Shown one piece after another: positions 1 to 9,177 of a stretch of 64,000 nucleotides of DNA (position 1 is the stretch's first letter; each line of letters starts with the position of its first letter). The notes below the pieces were generated by a model that made no database searches, was not told the DNA's origin, and was given only the letters and a program-made list of their open reading frames with translations. This DNA is from Pseudomonadota bacterium (lineage in GTDB: Bacteria > Campylobacterota > Campylobacteria > Campylobacterales > Sulfurimonadaceae), in the NCBI GenBank assembly GCA_043797085.1, contig JAZDQA010000004.1, forward strand, positions 128,419 through 192,418, written 5' to 3'. The translations under genes and the position numbers were made by a program.

Positions 1-48
1 CGGAAGAAGGAGGGATAGTAATAATAATTTTTTTATATTTTCTATACG

Positions 49-1689
49 TTACGCACCTGGAAGATCCATGCGGTGCTCAATAGAATAAGTAAATGTTGGT
101 GTTGTTAGCCCAGTAATTTGGGTAATGTATTCACCTGTTTTTGCGTCAAATACTAATATTCGTCCACATGTCCAATCCGAAACATACGTATGCTCCCCAT
201 GAGCAGCAGGTTCTCCATGCAGTAATCGAGGGACAATAAGTTCGCCTTTTTCATTTTTTACGGCACCAATATTCCATTCTTTTATCACTTTGAGATTGTT
301 CGGATCGATGAGCTGCACTTTGCCCTCTTTAGTCGCTTGGATAATGCGTCCGACCATCAACGTTTCTTTGTTGACTAGATGGATTTTATTATAATTGTCT
401 TCTCCGCCGATAACGTTGTCCGCCCAAAGAAAAGGTGTATGTTCATTGGTTCCGATAAATAGTCCGCCGCCGGCTGTTTTGGTGTGTTTTAATACATGCC
501 ATTGGTTGTCCCAAACGGTTACATCGCCTACATTCATGTTGACCGTTGCATGAAGCTGTTTACCTAATTTTTCATTGTACCAGCTTGAACCTTGTCCAGG
601 ATGCGGCTTGCTTCCCGGTCCGGTATAGACTTTATCTGTTAATGTTTTGGTTTTAAAGTCTACTATCCCCATGACATCACTTCCTTGAGAAGCTATCATG
701 TAGTAGCGTCCTACCTCTTCTCCCTCATTCAAGAAGGCATCGTGTAAGATTTTACCGATTTTAGGAATATCTCCGACGATAGGGAAATCAGGCTTACTGT
801 AATCGACGATATAGACGTGTCCTGCATCTTTAAGTGCAAATGCAATATATGGACCGTATGGAGTGTCGGCGATCGATGCAACACGAGAGGAGCCGATTTT
901 GCCATCCATGTCTTCGACTTGATCGGTCGCATAGACTTTCAACGGTTTAAGTGTCATAGCATCCAAAAGTACGGCACCGCCTGGAACATAGTTACCCGCC
1001 ATGAGATAGCGACCATCGGGCGTACAAGCAAGTCCGCGACTGTCGCTGCCGACACGGATTTTAGCGATCATTGGTTGTCCTGGGGCATTTAGATCAAACA
1101 TATTGACCCATCCGTCACGACTGATGTTATACACGTAGCGAGGGATACGTTTATTGACTACGGTTACGTGAGTCGCGAAACCTGAGCTGTGTTTGGAGAG
1201 GACTTTGTTTGTTGTACCGTCAATAAATCCTACTTTTGAGGCATCCCGCTCGGTAAAGACCACGATATCCTGTACGCTTTTTACGTCCGTTGGTTTCGGA
1301 TATTTTTTGTACAATTCTTCACGGTCTTGGAGGATTTGATGTGTAGCAACAACATCTTCCATGGTGAGTTTCGTTAACTGTTTTGCTTCATATTTTAAGA
1401 GATATTGCACCATTTTATCTGCATCATCACTGGTGAACGTACTCTTAAAATCAGGCATTGCAGTACCGGCTCTTCCGTTAAGTATCGTATCTCTCAGAAA
1501 ATAATCTCCTTTTTTACCAATGGCTTTTGGGTCAAGAGAACTTCCTACACCACCTTCGTGATTGGGGCCATGACACCCTTGACACTCTTTGTCAAACATT
1601 TTTGCGACGTCCATTTTCGAATCGCCAGCCATTAGTGGAAGGGTTATAAAAAGAGCGCTCGCCAGGGTTGCTCCAAGAATCTTTTTCAT
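49..1689 (-). CDS. nirS: Cytochrome cd1 nitrite reductase
   Basis: Signal peptide, N-terminal heme c motif CQGCH, then a d1 beta-propeller with typical motifs (SRDGWV, SSRVASI, ILHDAF, KPHPGQG). Confidence 0.9.
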   Translation of the reverse strand: MKKILGATLASALFITLPLMAGDSKMDVAKMFDKECQGCHGPNHEGGVGSSLDPKAIGKKGDYFLRDTILNGRAGTAMPDFKSTFTSDDADKMVQYLLKYEAKQLTKLTMEDVVATHQILQDREELYKKYPKPTDVKSVQDIVVFTERDASKVGFIDGTTNKVLSKHSSGFATHVTVVNKRIPRYVYNISRDGWVNMFDLNAPGQPMIAKIRVGSDSRGLACTPDGRYLMAGNYVPGGAVLLDAMTLKPLKVYATDQVEDMDGKIGSSRVASIADTPYGPYIAFALKDAGHVYIVDYSKPDFPIVGDIPKIGKILHDAFLNEGEEVGRYYMIASQGSDVMGIVDFKTKTLTDKVYTGPGSKPHPGQGSSWYNEKLGKQLHATVNMNVGDVTVWDNQWHVLKHTKTAGGGLFIGTNEHTPFLWADNVIGGEDNYNKIHLVNKETLMVGRIIQATKEGKVQLIDPNNLKVIKEWNIGAVKNEKGELIVPRLLHGEPAAHGEHTYVSDWTCGRILVFDAKTGEYITQITGLTTPTFTYSIEHRMDLPGA

Positions 1690-1760
1690 TCGTTACTCCT
1701 TGCATTTGTAAAATATGGATAGGGCATAGTTCGTAAAGCTTTATGGATCCTACTTGAGTT

Positions 1761-1803
1761 AGTGTACTTGAAAAGGGGAGGCAGCTTCATTGATATAAAT
1801 CAA
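1761..1803 (-). promoter_or_regulatory. FNR/DNR box plus -10 element of nirS promoter
   Basis: Perfect TTGAT-ATAA-ATCAA at 1790-1803 and TACACT on the minus strand at 1766-1761. The box is centred near -42.5. Confidence 0.85.
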
Positions 1804-1817
1804 ATTTTTTAAAGTTT

Positions 1818-2459
1818 TTAAGAAAAAAGTTCTTTTAGTCCCTCTCGATTCAAGATGGTGAAATTTTTCCCCTCATCACTGATGAGTCCGAGAATCTTGA
1901 TTTTTTTGAAAGAGCGTGAGAGTGTTTCGGGGGTAAGTCCTAAAATCGTTGCAATCTTATGTCTCTTGGTTGAATCGGAAATATCTCCATTTTCATATAA
2001 GAATTTAGCCACACGGGAGGTTGCATCCAGTGCTAACCGTGTGGTAATAATATCTTCGAGGTATTTGAGCTTTTGAGTCAGCGATTTTATCAATTCAAAG
2101 GATACGGTAGGATTTTTTAGAAAATCACGCTCAAAAATAGGATAATCGATTTCCAAAATACTTCCATCCGTTTGAAATTCTGCGGTTGCCGGGAATGGAA
2201 TATGGTGAAGATTGGCCATTTCTGCTACTAACGAAACGGGATAAAAATAGTGCAGTACGATTTCGTTTTCTTTCATATCTGTTTTGTAGCCTTTGAGGAC
2301 ACCGTCTAGTAATATATAAAGTTTATCCGAATGAGTCCCCTCATAAAAGAGGATCTCACCATTATTAAAGGATCGTAGTTTTACGATAGAGGCTAAATGA
2401 ATTAAATCTGTTTCGCTCAGATGTGAAAAAAGAAAAATACTTTTTAATCGGTTCACCAT
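1818..2459 (-). CDS. Crp/Fnr family regulator, DNR/NssR type
   Basis: cNMP-binding domain and HTH with PETLSR recognition helix; no FNR Cys cluster. Start placed at ATG 2459, which overlaps the upstream stop (TAATG). Confidence 0.88.
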   Translation of the reverse strand: MVNRLKSIFLFSHLSETDLIHLASIVKLRSFNNGEILFYEGTHSDKLYILLDGVLKGYKTDMKENEIVLHYFYPVSLVAEMANLHHIPFPATAEFQTDGSILEIDYPIFERDFLKNPTVSFELIKSLTQKLKYLEDIITTRLALDATSRVAKFLYENGDISDSTKRHKIATILGLTPETLSRSFKKIKILGLISDEGKNFTILNREGLKELFS

Positions 2460-4642
2460 TAAAGTTTCAAATTGGTTTGTAGATACCATGATCGTCCTTC
2501 TGCTTTTTCATAACTGTAATACTCTTTGTTCATAAGATTGCTAATCGCAAGATTGATATCAATGTTTTTGTTGATTCTGTATCCGATCTTCGTATTGACG
2601 ATTCCGGCAGCATCCAAGGAGCCGTAGACATTAGAGACACTATCGCTATTATCGGAATTATTGTAAATTTTGGATTGATAGGCATAGTTAATCAGACCAT
2701 AAAATTGATGATTATCATAGGTGAGAGTTGCATTGGCCATATCTCTTGGAATGCCGGTGAACTGTTTATCAACGGATGCTGGATCGCTCTCATTTTCTAA
2801 AACTTTTGTATAGGATTTCGTATAATTGGTGTTGAGGGTAAAATCATAGTCAAGCGGCTGAATGTACGATAATTCATACCCCTGAGAGCGTGCTTTTCCA
2901 ACGTTTGTTCTTTCATAATAACTTTTTCCGGCAATGATAACAGGCGTTTTAGTGGAGATCATATCTTCGATTGTGGTATGAAACCAATACGCTTTAAAAA
3001 GACCGTTTAAGACTGTTTTTTTCTCTATCCCCACATCATACGATTCGCTGTACTCCGGTTTTAGATTCGGATTCGACACATAAACTCTATTTAATGCTGC
3101 AATTTCATACGTTCGATAAAGATTGACCGGATCAGGAGCTCTGAAAGCTTGCCCCCAGGATGCTTTGATCATCGTGTCGTCTGTTGCTTTATAGTTGAGA
3201 GATATTTTTGGGGAAAAATTATTTTTGTGTTGGGTAGAATAGGTTTGATTGAGCGTTGTATTGGACATATTGATATCAGAAACATATCCATCATAGCTGG
3301 TCCATGTTTCGAATCGGGCCCCGATATTGGCTGATAGACTATCGGTTAGTTTACTTTGCAGCTCTGCAAAAGCCGCTAATATTTGCTCTTTCCCACCTGA
3401 GCTCGCGGTCCTATTTGTTTTGGTGTCTTCATTTTTCCAATCGCTCATATTGAAGGTATCGGAAACGGATACATTATTTTTATATTCACTTCCCAGTAAA
3501 AGAAGAGAACTTCCGATAGGTTTTTGCCACGTTGCATGGAGCATAGCGTTTTTGACATCTCTTGGGGTAAAAGTACCAACTCCGCCTGTGCGTGTCGCCG
3601 ATGTACCTGCAGTGGTATACCAATCTTCTACAGACAAGTATGAATAGCGGATATCCAACTCGGAATCCGAAAAAGTATGTCCGTAATCAAGGATAGTGAG
3701 ATCACTGTTCAGCTCACTGGAACCTTGTAAAAATTTAGATTCTTTTAGTCCTGCATAGGTATAGACAGTATTTCCAGAAGCATTACTAATAAATGATTCA
3801 GGATCATTGTAGTGCACATCATAATGGGATTTTCGATACGAAGCACTCAGGGTGTCTTTGGCCGTTGGTGTATAGAGCAGTTTGGTTGAAAGATCATATT
3901 TGTGAACACCACGATCACCTGCATTTCCGACAATATATTGTGTCCCTCCGGTGGGAGAAGGCTCCGTGATGTATCCGCTAATCGTACCGGGAGGCTTTGT
4001 GGTAATGGCAACAAAATCGGATTTATATCCATCAGTACTTAACGCGCCATAGCTGACTTTGAATTTTAAAGTATCAATGATCTTATCCGCAGCCGATACA
4101 TAGACCTTGGTCAAATTAGCCTGCGCTTCACCGTCATTAAATGCATCTCCGTACCCGATAGAGGCTTTGTACTCAGGCTCATTTGGCATTTTGGTAATAT
4201 AATTGATGACACCGCCTATAGCACTGCTGCCATAAAGGCTCGAAAATGGTCCCCGAATCACTTCAACCCGTTCTAAATCTTCAGGCTGAATAGAATAGGG
4301 CATCGAAGCCGTACTCGTATAGCTGGTATTCATTGGAATTCCATCGAGTAGTATCATCGTACGTGATTGATCCGGAATCCCTCGAAGCACAACCGTAGGA
4401 TTGACATCTGATAATCCCCTATGTTGAATAACTGTAACTCCCTCAAGTGTTTTTACAGTCTCTTTTAGATTGGCTCTTGGTAACATTCCAATAGCTTCTT
4501 GTGTAACAACACTGACGCTTCCGGGAGCATCTTCGAGAGTTGTTTCTGTCTTGGTTGCGGTAACAATGATAGGATCTAAGGAAACTCCATCCGCAATTAA
4601 ATAGGTTGTGACGACCAAAAAAAGTAGTATCTTTTTTTTCAT
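2459..4642 (-). CDS. TonB-dependent outer membrane receptor
   Basis: Signal peptide, TonB box-like DPIIVTA, plug motifs (LLDGIP, ERVEVIRGPFSSLYGSSAIGGVINYIT), NPNLKPE, and C-terminal NL..K.Y....GRSWYL beta strand. Confidence 0.92.
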   Translation of the reverse strand: MKKKILLFLVVTTYLIADGVSLDPIIVTATKTETTLEDAPGSVSVVTQEAIGMLPRANLKETVKTLEGVTVIQHRGLSDVNPTVVLRGIPDQSRTMILLDGIPMNTSYTSTASMPYSIQPEDLERVEVIRGPFSSLYGSSAIGGVINYITKMPNEPEYKASIGYGDAFNDGEAQANLTKVYVSAADKIIDTLKFKVSYGALSTDGYKSDFVAITTKPPGTISGYITEPSPTGGTQYIVGNAGDRGVHKYDLSTKLLYTPTAKDTLSASYRKSHYDVHYNDPESFISNASGNTVYTYAGLKESKFLQGSSELNSDLTILDYGHTFSDSELDIRYSYLSVEDWYTTAGTSATRTGGVGTFTPRDVKNAMLHATWQKPIGSSLLLLGSEYKNNVSVSDTFNMSDWKNEDTKTNRTASSGGKEQILAAFAELQSKLTDSLSANIGARFETWTSYDGYVSDINMSNTTLNQTYSTQHKNNFSPKISLNYKATDDTMIKASWGQAFRAPDPVNLYRTYEIAALNRVYVSNPNLKPEYSESYDVGIEKKTVLNGLFKAYWFHTTIEDMISTKTPVIIAGKSYYERTNVGKARSQGYELSYIQPLDYDFTLNTNYTKSYTKVLENESDPASVDKQFTGIPRDMANATLTYDNHQFYGLINYAYQSKIYNNSDNSDSVSNVYGSLDAAGIVNTKIGYRINKNIDINLAISNLMNKEYYSYEKAEGRSWYLQTNLKL

Positions 4643-4735
4643 ATTAACTCCTATTTCAGGGATTTTTTAATCTATACTACTCAAATTAAGCCTTTAGGAG
4701 CGGAAAGAGGAAATTAGTTACGTAAAGAATAGGTA

Positions 4736-4777
4736 ATTGTAAAGAGTTTGAAGAATAAAGTCTTTGATATAAGTCAA
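4736..4777 (-). promoter_or_regulatory. FNR/DNR box plus -10 element for the TonB receptor-crp/fnr operon
   Basis: TTGAT-ATAA-GTCAA at 4764-4777 (one mismatch) and TACAAT on the minus strand at 4741-4736. The box is centred near -41.5. Confidence 0.7.
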
Positions 4778-4978
4778 TTGCGAAAAGTTACGATCGTCCT
4801 TTTGAATAAAAGGCAAAATCTTAGGGGTGATACCGCCACCCACCTATTCAAGATAATATATATTATGTTAATCAATAAAATACTTTTCCTCCATATGATA
4901 TGTTTTATAAACAAAATCATTAAAAAATCATTCGTGAAATATAAAATGTCTCCGTACAAAAATACCAAGGAGTCTATT

Positions 4979-5398
4979 ATGTTAATTGCAAAATACAGCC
5001 CTCTAGCTGATTATATGAAGTTTAATTCACTTTTAAGTGAATTTGATAATAAAGAGTCTACTTTAAGTGGATTTAAACCTGTAGTAAATACGCGTGAAGG
5101 CGAATTTGCTTACCATGTAGATGCTGATCTGCCCGGTGTAAAAAAAGAAGATATAAAAGTCAATGTTAACGGCAATATGATCACAATTTCAGGTGAACGA
5201 CATGATAAAAATGAGACGGATGAGAAAGGTTATCACCGTATTGAGACTTCTTTTGGAAAATTTGAACGCAGTTTTACCCTTCCAGAAGGTGTTGATGTTG
5301 AAAACATTACGGCATCCAACAAAGATGGAGTATTGGAAGTAATCATTCCAAAACTCAAAAGTGAGACTGAGAAAGTCAAAAAAATTGAAGTAAAATAG
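4979..5398 (+). CDS. Hsp20/alpha-crystallin small heat-shock protein
   Basis: DLPGVKKEDI, ISGER, GKFERSFTLP and DGVLEVIIPK motifs. Start at ATG 4979 after SD AAGGAG. Confidence 0.92.
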   Translation: MLIAKYSPLADYMKFNSLLSEFDNKESTLSGFKPVVNTREGEFAYHVDADLPGVKKEDIKVNVNGNMITISGERHDKNETDEKGYHRIETSFGKFERSFTLPEGVDVENITASNKDGVLEVIIPKLKSETEKVKKIEVK

Positions 5399-5544
5399 AC
5401 GTTATCGTGGAATTTTCTCGTGTTAGAGTATGAGACTATTCCGCAACAACTGATGTTACACATTTAGTAATTTTTTGAACATTCAACTCTAACATAAGGA
5501 ATAATGTATTTTATTTTTCAAAAAGTTACAAAGGAGTTATTGAT

Positions 5545-7023
5545 ATGAAAACAATCGTTATCCCTGAAAAAAACGATTTTGTAACTTTTGAAAGTAACGT
5601 TAGAGCATGGTTAAATAATGCAACTGATGACGTATCAGCAGTAAATAATGATCTTAACTCTGCTAATAAATACAAAAACTGCCTCTTTGAAAATGGTACG
5701 GTTATCGGTCGTACCAATGTTGATCTCACGTGTGAAATGGTCACAAAATTAGCCGAATCTTTTGGTTCGATTCTTCCTGTAGGATCTACTGTCTATGTTT
5801 CACGAGATTATCATAAAAGTTCAAGGATGTTGAAGCGTGCTTTTTTAGGCGGTTTGCTTTCGACTGGGATTAATGTCTTTGATTTAAAACTCACCTCCCC
5901 TGCTGTTATGTGCTTTAGTTTGGCGAAAAACGATCACATCGTTTCCGGAGTGCATTTTGAGCAATCCTTTGAGTGCCAGTGCAGTACTCAAATCGATTTT
6001 TTTACGGACGAAGGTCTCAAGATCGATACCGGCAAAGAAAAAGCAATAGAGCGTATTTTTTTTAGAGAAAATTTTTTAAGAGTAAACTATACGGATATCG
6101 GTGAAATATACGAAAACGGCTATCTTGACAATAGCTATATCAGCCATTTTCTCGAAAGTCTCGACATCTTAGCCATCAAACAAAAAAAATTTCATCTTGC
6201 CATTGATTTGTTGCATGGAACAGCATCCTCCATTTTCCCAGCTATTTTACATGAACTGGACGTTGATTCAGTGATACTAAATGCCTATCATAATGATAAA
6301 AAACTGACCGAACTTCCCAATCAGCTCCTAAAATCCAAACGAGAACTGTCTAAGATCATTATCGGTATGAAATTGAACTTGGGTCTTATAATATACCCGG
6401 ATTTCAAAACACTTGATATTGTTTGTAATACTGGAATTATTTTGGAGCGTTACATTGCTTTATTCGTTTTTTTGGAGCTCTTAAATCGTGACGGTCATAA
6501 AAAAAGAGTTTTATTGCCTACATGGGCTCCTGACTTTATGGATCATCGTTTTCAAAATATAAGCATTGACCGCTTAAAAATCAGCAATCTAAAAGGAGCT
6601 GAACTGCAACAATACGATTTCATCGCAACAACGGAAGCTAACTATTTATTTAGTGAGTTTAGCTTTCATTTTGATTCGCTTTTTTCCAGTATGAAACTAA
6701 TCGAGATGCTCAGCCGTGAGAGTGCATTTATCAGTGATATTGCAATGAGTTTCGAACCTTTCTATTATTTTGAAACCAAAATAGCATGCGAGAACAGGCT
6801 AAAAGGTAAGATGATGCGTAAGTTGTTGGAAGACAGTCTGGATAAAAAAAATACCAATGGTGACGGAATCAAAATATGCATGAATGAAAAAGATTGGATT
6901 GTGATCATTCCCGATCAAAACAGTGACACCCTCCGTTTCTATATCCAAGCGTCAACAACAAAAGCCGGTGAAAAAATTCTCAAAGAATATACGAAAAAAA
7001 TCAAACATTGGCTAGACGAATAA
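5545..7023 (+). CDS. Phosphohexomutase (PMM/PGM)-like protein with degenerate active site
   Basis: SRDYHKSSRMLKRA..GL.STG, IDLLHG and DGIKI...W..I.PD motifs. The catalytic SHN and DxDxDR loops are not recognisable. Confidence 0.7.
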   Translation: MKTIVIPEKNDFVTFESNVRAWLNNATDDVSAVNNDLNSANKYKNCLFENGTVIGRTNVDLTCEMVTKLAESFGSILPVGSTVYVSRDYHKSSRMLKRAFLGGLLSTGINVFDLKLTSPAVMCFSLAKNDHIVSGVHFEQSFECQCSTQIDFFTDEGLKIDTGKEKAIERIFFRENFLRVNYTDIGEIYENGYLDNSYISHFLESLDILAIKQKKFHLAIDLLHGTASSIFPAILHELDVDSVILNAYHNDKKLTELPNQLLKSKRELSKIIIGMKLNLGLIIYPDFKTLDIVCNTGIILERYIALFVFLELLNRDGHKKRVLLPTWAPDFMDHRFQNISIDRLKISNLKGAELQQYDFIATTEANYLFSEFSFHFDSLFSSMKLIEMLSRESAFISDIAMSFEPFYYFETKIACENRLKGKMMRKLLEDSLDKKNTNGDGIKICMNEKDWIVIIPDQNSDTLRFYIQASTTKAGEKILKEYTKKIKHWLDE

Positions 7024-7119
7024 GCCTGTGTTCCTAATTATATCGGAGCTCAATTACGTATTATTTCTAAAACAGTGTACAATCCTATTTTTACTCCATC
7101 AATCAAAGAAGGATAGTGT

Positions 7120-7488
7120 ATGCCATTTACTCCACAGCAGCGTCTAATAATCAAAGAATCGAGTGAAATTTATCGTCAGGAGATAGAGCATATCAATGAT
7201 TTAATTGATAAAGAGTCTGATAATGATCGATGTGACCAACTCTATTTACTTCGTGCGCTCTCTACTATTGAACATGGAAACCGTATCGGATTGTTCACGA
7301 ATGAAGAGGGAAGTGAAGAGTTTTTTGAAGCAATGGCAAAGGAAGTAAACCTCTATTTCCCGCATAAAAATGATTCAGAGCTGTTTGATGATATCACTGT
7401 TTTAGAAGAATATGTGAAAAAAAGCTTCTTTGACAACCCTGCAAAAGAAAAAGATATTCTATTAAAGCTGTTAGGGATATCCCTATAG
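7120..7488 (+). CDS. Hypothetical protein
   Basis: 122-aa acidic ORF with SD AAGGA and a TACAAT upstream. Confidence 0.7.
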   Translation: MPFTPQQRLIIKESSEIYRQEIEHINDLIDKESDNDRCDQLYLLRALSTIEHGNRIGLFTNEEGSEEFFEAMAKEVNLYFPHKNDSELFDDITVLEEYVKKSFFDNPAKEKDILLKLLGISL

Positions 7489-7491
7489 CTT

Positions 7492-9177
7492 TTAAATGGC
7501 AGAAATTTTATATCTAGAAAGTTCTCTTCCTTTGGTATCGATCACATGAACCGCACACGCCAAACATGGATCAAACGAATGAATCACCCGTAATACTTCC
7601 AACGGACGTTGGGCATCTGCGAGCTTTATTCCGATAAGCGATTCTTCATACACACCTCGCTGTCCCATAGCATCTCGCGGTGATGCATTCCATGTCGTTG
7701 GTGCTACGACTTGATAGTTCGCGACTTTTGCATCTTCAATTCGTACAAAATGACCCAAGACACCTCTGGGAACTTCAAAAATCCCTGCACCTTTGGATAC
7801 ACTTGGCAAGGCTTCAAAAACATACTTTGTCCATGTTTCTTCATCATAATATTTGATGTTTTCGATTAAATCGCTCATAAAATCAAAAAGATAATCGCAG
7901 CATATCTGCGCTTCGACGGCACGCGCCGCATTGCGTCCGATGGTTGTCGAAAAATCGATCAGAGTCATTCCCGTATCTTTCATAAAACGATCCATATAGG
8001 GTTTAATCACTTTAGAGTTTTTCACCACGCCCACGATCATGCGAGCAACAGGACCTACTTCCATCACTTTTCCGCCATAGCGAGGAGCTTTTACCCAGCT
8101 ATATTTCCCCTCACTTTTGAGCGTTCCATCCTCATTCAAATCGGTATAAAACGGGACACTCTCTTGATCGTATGGCGAGCTTGGAAGAGCATCTTCATAC
8201 CAAGATCGGGATGCTTCTTCTGTGATTTTAGACGGATCAAAAGGTTCTATCGCATCAAAGTAATGCCCTGTAACGACACCACTTTCAAAAAGCTGTTCTT
8301 TTGAAGCAAATTGATACCCGCCGCAGCACATAAAGTTTCCGCTTCCGCGCCCTTCACCCATTTTGATCGATTCTTCGTATGCTTTTACCATCATCTTCAT
8401 GTCAGGTATATACGCACGCTCCAAGAAATCACGCGTCTCTTTGATCAGAAACATAAAATCATTGAGCCGTTGAGGGTTGAGCATGTCCACAACACTGGTA
8501 ACGCCTCCAACAACTAGATTTTGAGGGTGCGGAGTTTTTCCGGCGAAAATAGCGATGGCTTTGGAAATGTCATGCTGAATCCGAAGCGCTTCGAGATAAT
8601 GGTTCATATGGACCAAATTTTCTTCAGGAGTCAGCCGATAGCTCTCATGTCCCCAATAACCATTAGCAAAGAGTCCTAACCGCCCTGCTTTGACGAAACT
8701 GTTCAGCTTCTCTTTGACGCTTTCCAAATGCCCCTCAGAGTTTCGATAAGGGCGTTCGTGATACTGTTGTGCACTCTTGACCGCTTTAGAACAATCCGCC
8801 GTTAAGGCACTCGTAATATCCACAAAATCAAGTGAATGAAGATGATAATAGTGAATAATATGATCTTGGACAAAAAGAGAAAGAGAGACAAGATTACGGA
8901 CAATCTCGGCATTTTGAGGTATCGTAAGCCCATAGGCATCCTCAACAGCACTGATTGAGGCACGGTAATGAACGTTAGTACAAACACCGCAAATACGCTG
9001 CGCGATAAGCCCTGCATCTCTTGGATCACGTCCTTGTAGAATAATCTCTATACCGCGAAACAGCTGTCCGGATGCCCATGCATCGGTAACAATATTTTCA
9101 TCATTCACTTCTACTTCTATACGTAAATGCCCTTCAATACGAGTGATAGGATCGATAACGATTTTACGGTTACTCAT
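7492..9177 (-). CDS. hydB: [NiFe]-hydrogenase large subunit, group 1
   Basis: IDPITRIEGH, L1 QRICGVC, L2 SFDPCLACAVH plus a C-terminal extension. Start at ATG 9177 overlaps the upstream stop. Confidence 0.93.
   Translation of the reverse strand: MSNRKIVIDPITRIEGHLRIEVEVNDENIVTDAWASGQLFRGIEIILQGRDPRDAGLIAQRICGVCTNVHYRASISAVEDAYGLTIPQNAEIVRNLVSLSLFVQDHIIHYYHLHSLDFVDITSALTADCSKAVKSAQQYHERPYRNSEGHLESVKEKLNSFVKAGRLGLFANGYWGHESYRLTPEENLVHMNHYLEALRIQHDISKAIAIFAGKTPHPQNLVVGGVTSVVDMLNPQRLNDFMFLIKETRDFLERAYIPDMKMMVKAYEESIKMGEGRGSGNFMCCGGYQFASKEQLFESGVVTGHYFDAIEPFDPSKITEEASRSWYEDALPSSPYDQESVPFYTDLNEDGTLKSEGKYSWVKAPRYGGKVMEVGPVARMIVGVVKNSKVIKPYMDRFMKDTGMTLIDFSTTIGRNAARAVEAQICCDYLFDFMSDLIENIKYYDEETWTKYVFEALPSVSKGAGIFEVPRGVLGHFVRIEDAKVANYQVVAPTTWNASPRDAMGQRGVYEESLIGIKLADAQRPLEVLRVIHSFDPCLACAVHVIDTKGRELSRYKISAI

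Noticed and set aside
4643..4860. Cobalamin or c-di-GMP riboswitch before the TonB receptor
   Set aside because: No B12 box; GGCAAA occurs but the rest of the c-di-GMP-I consensus is absent.
4748..4978. N-terminal extension of Hsp20 in the ORF track
   Set aside because: Strong SD precedes ATG 4979, and the extension covers promoter DNA.
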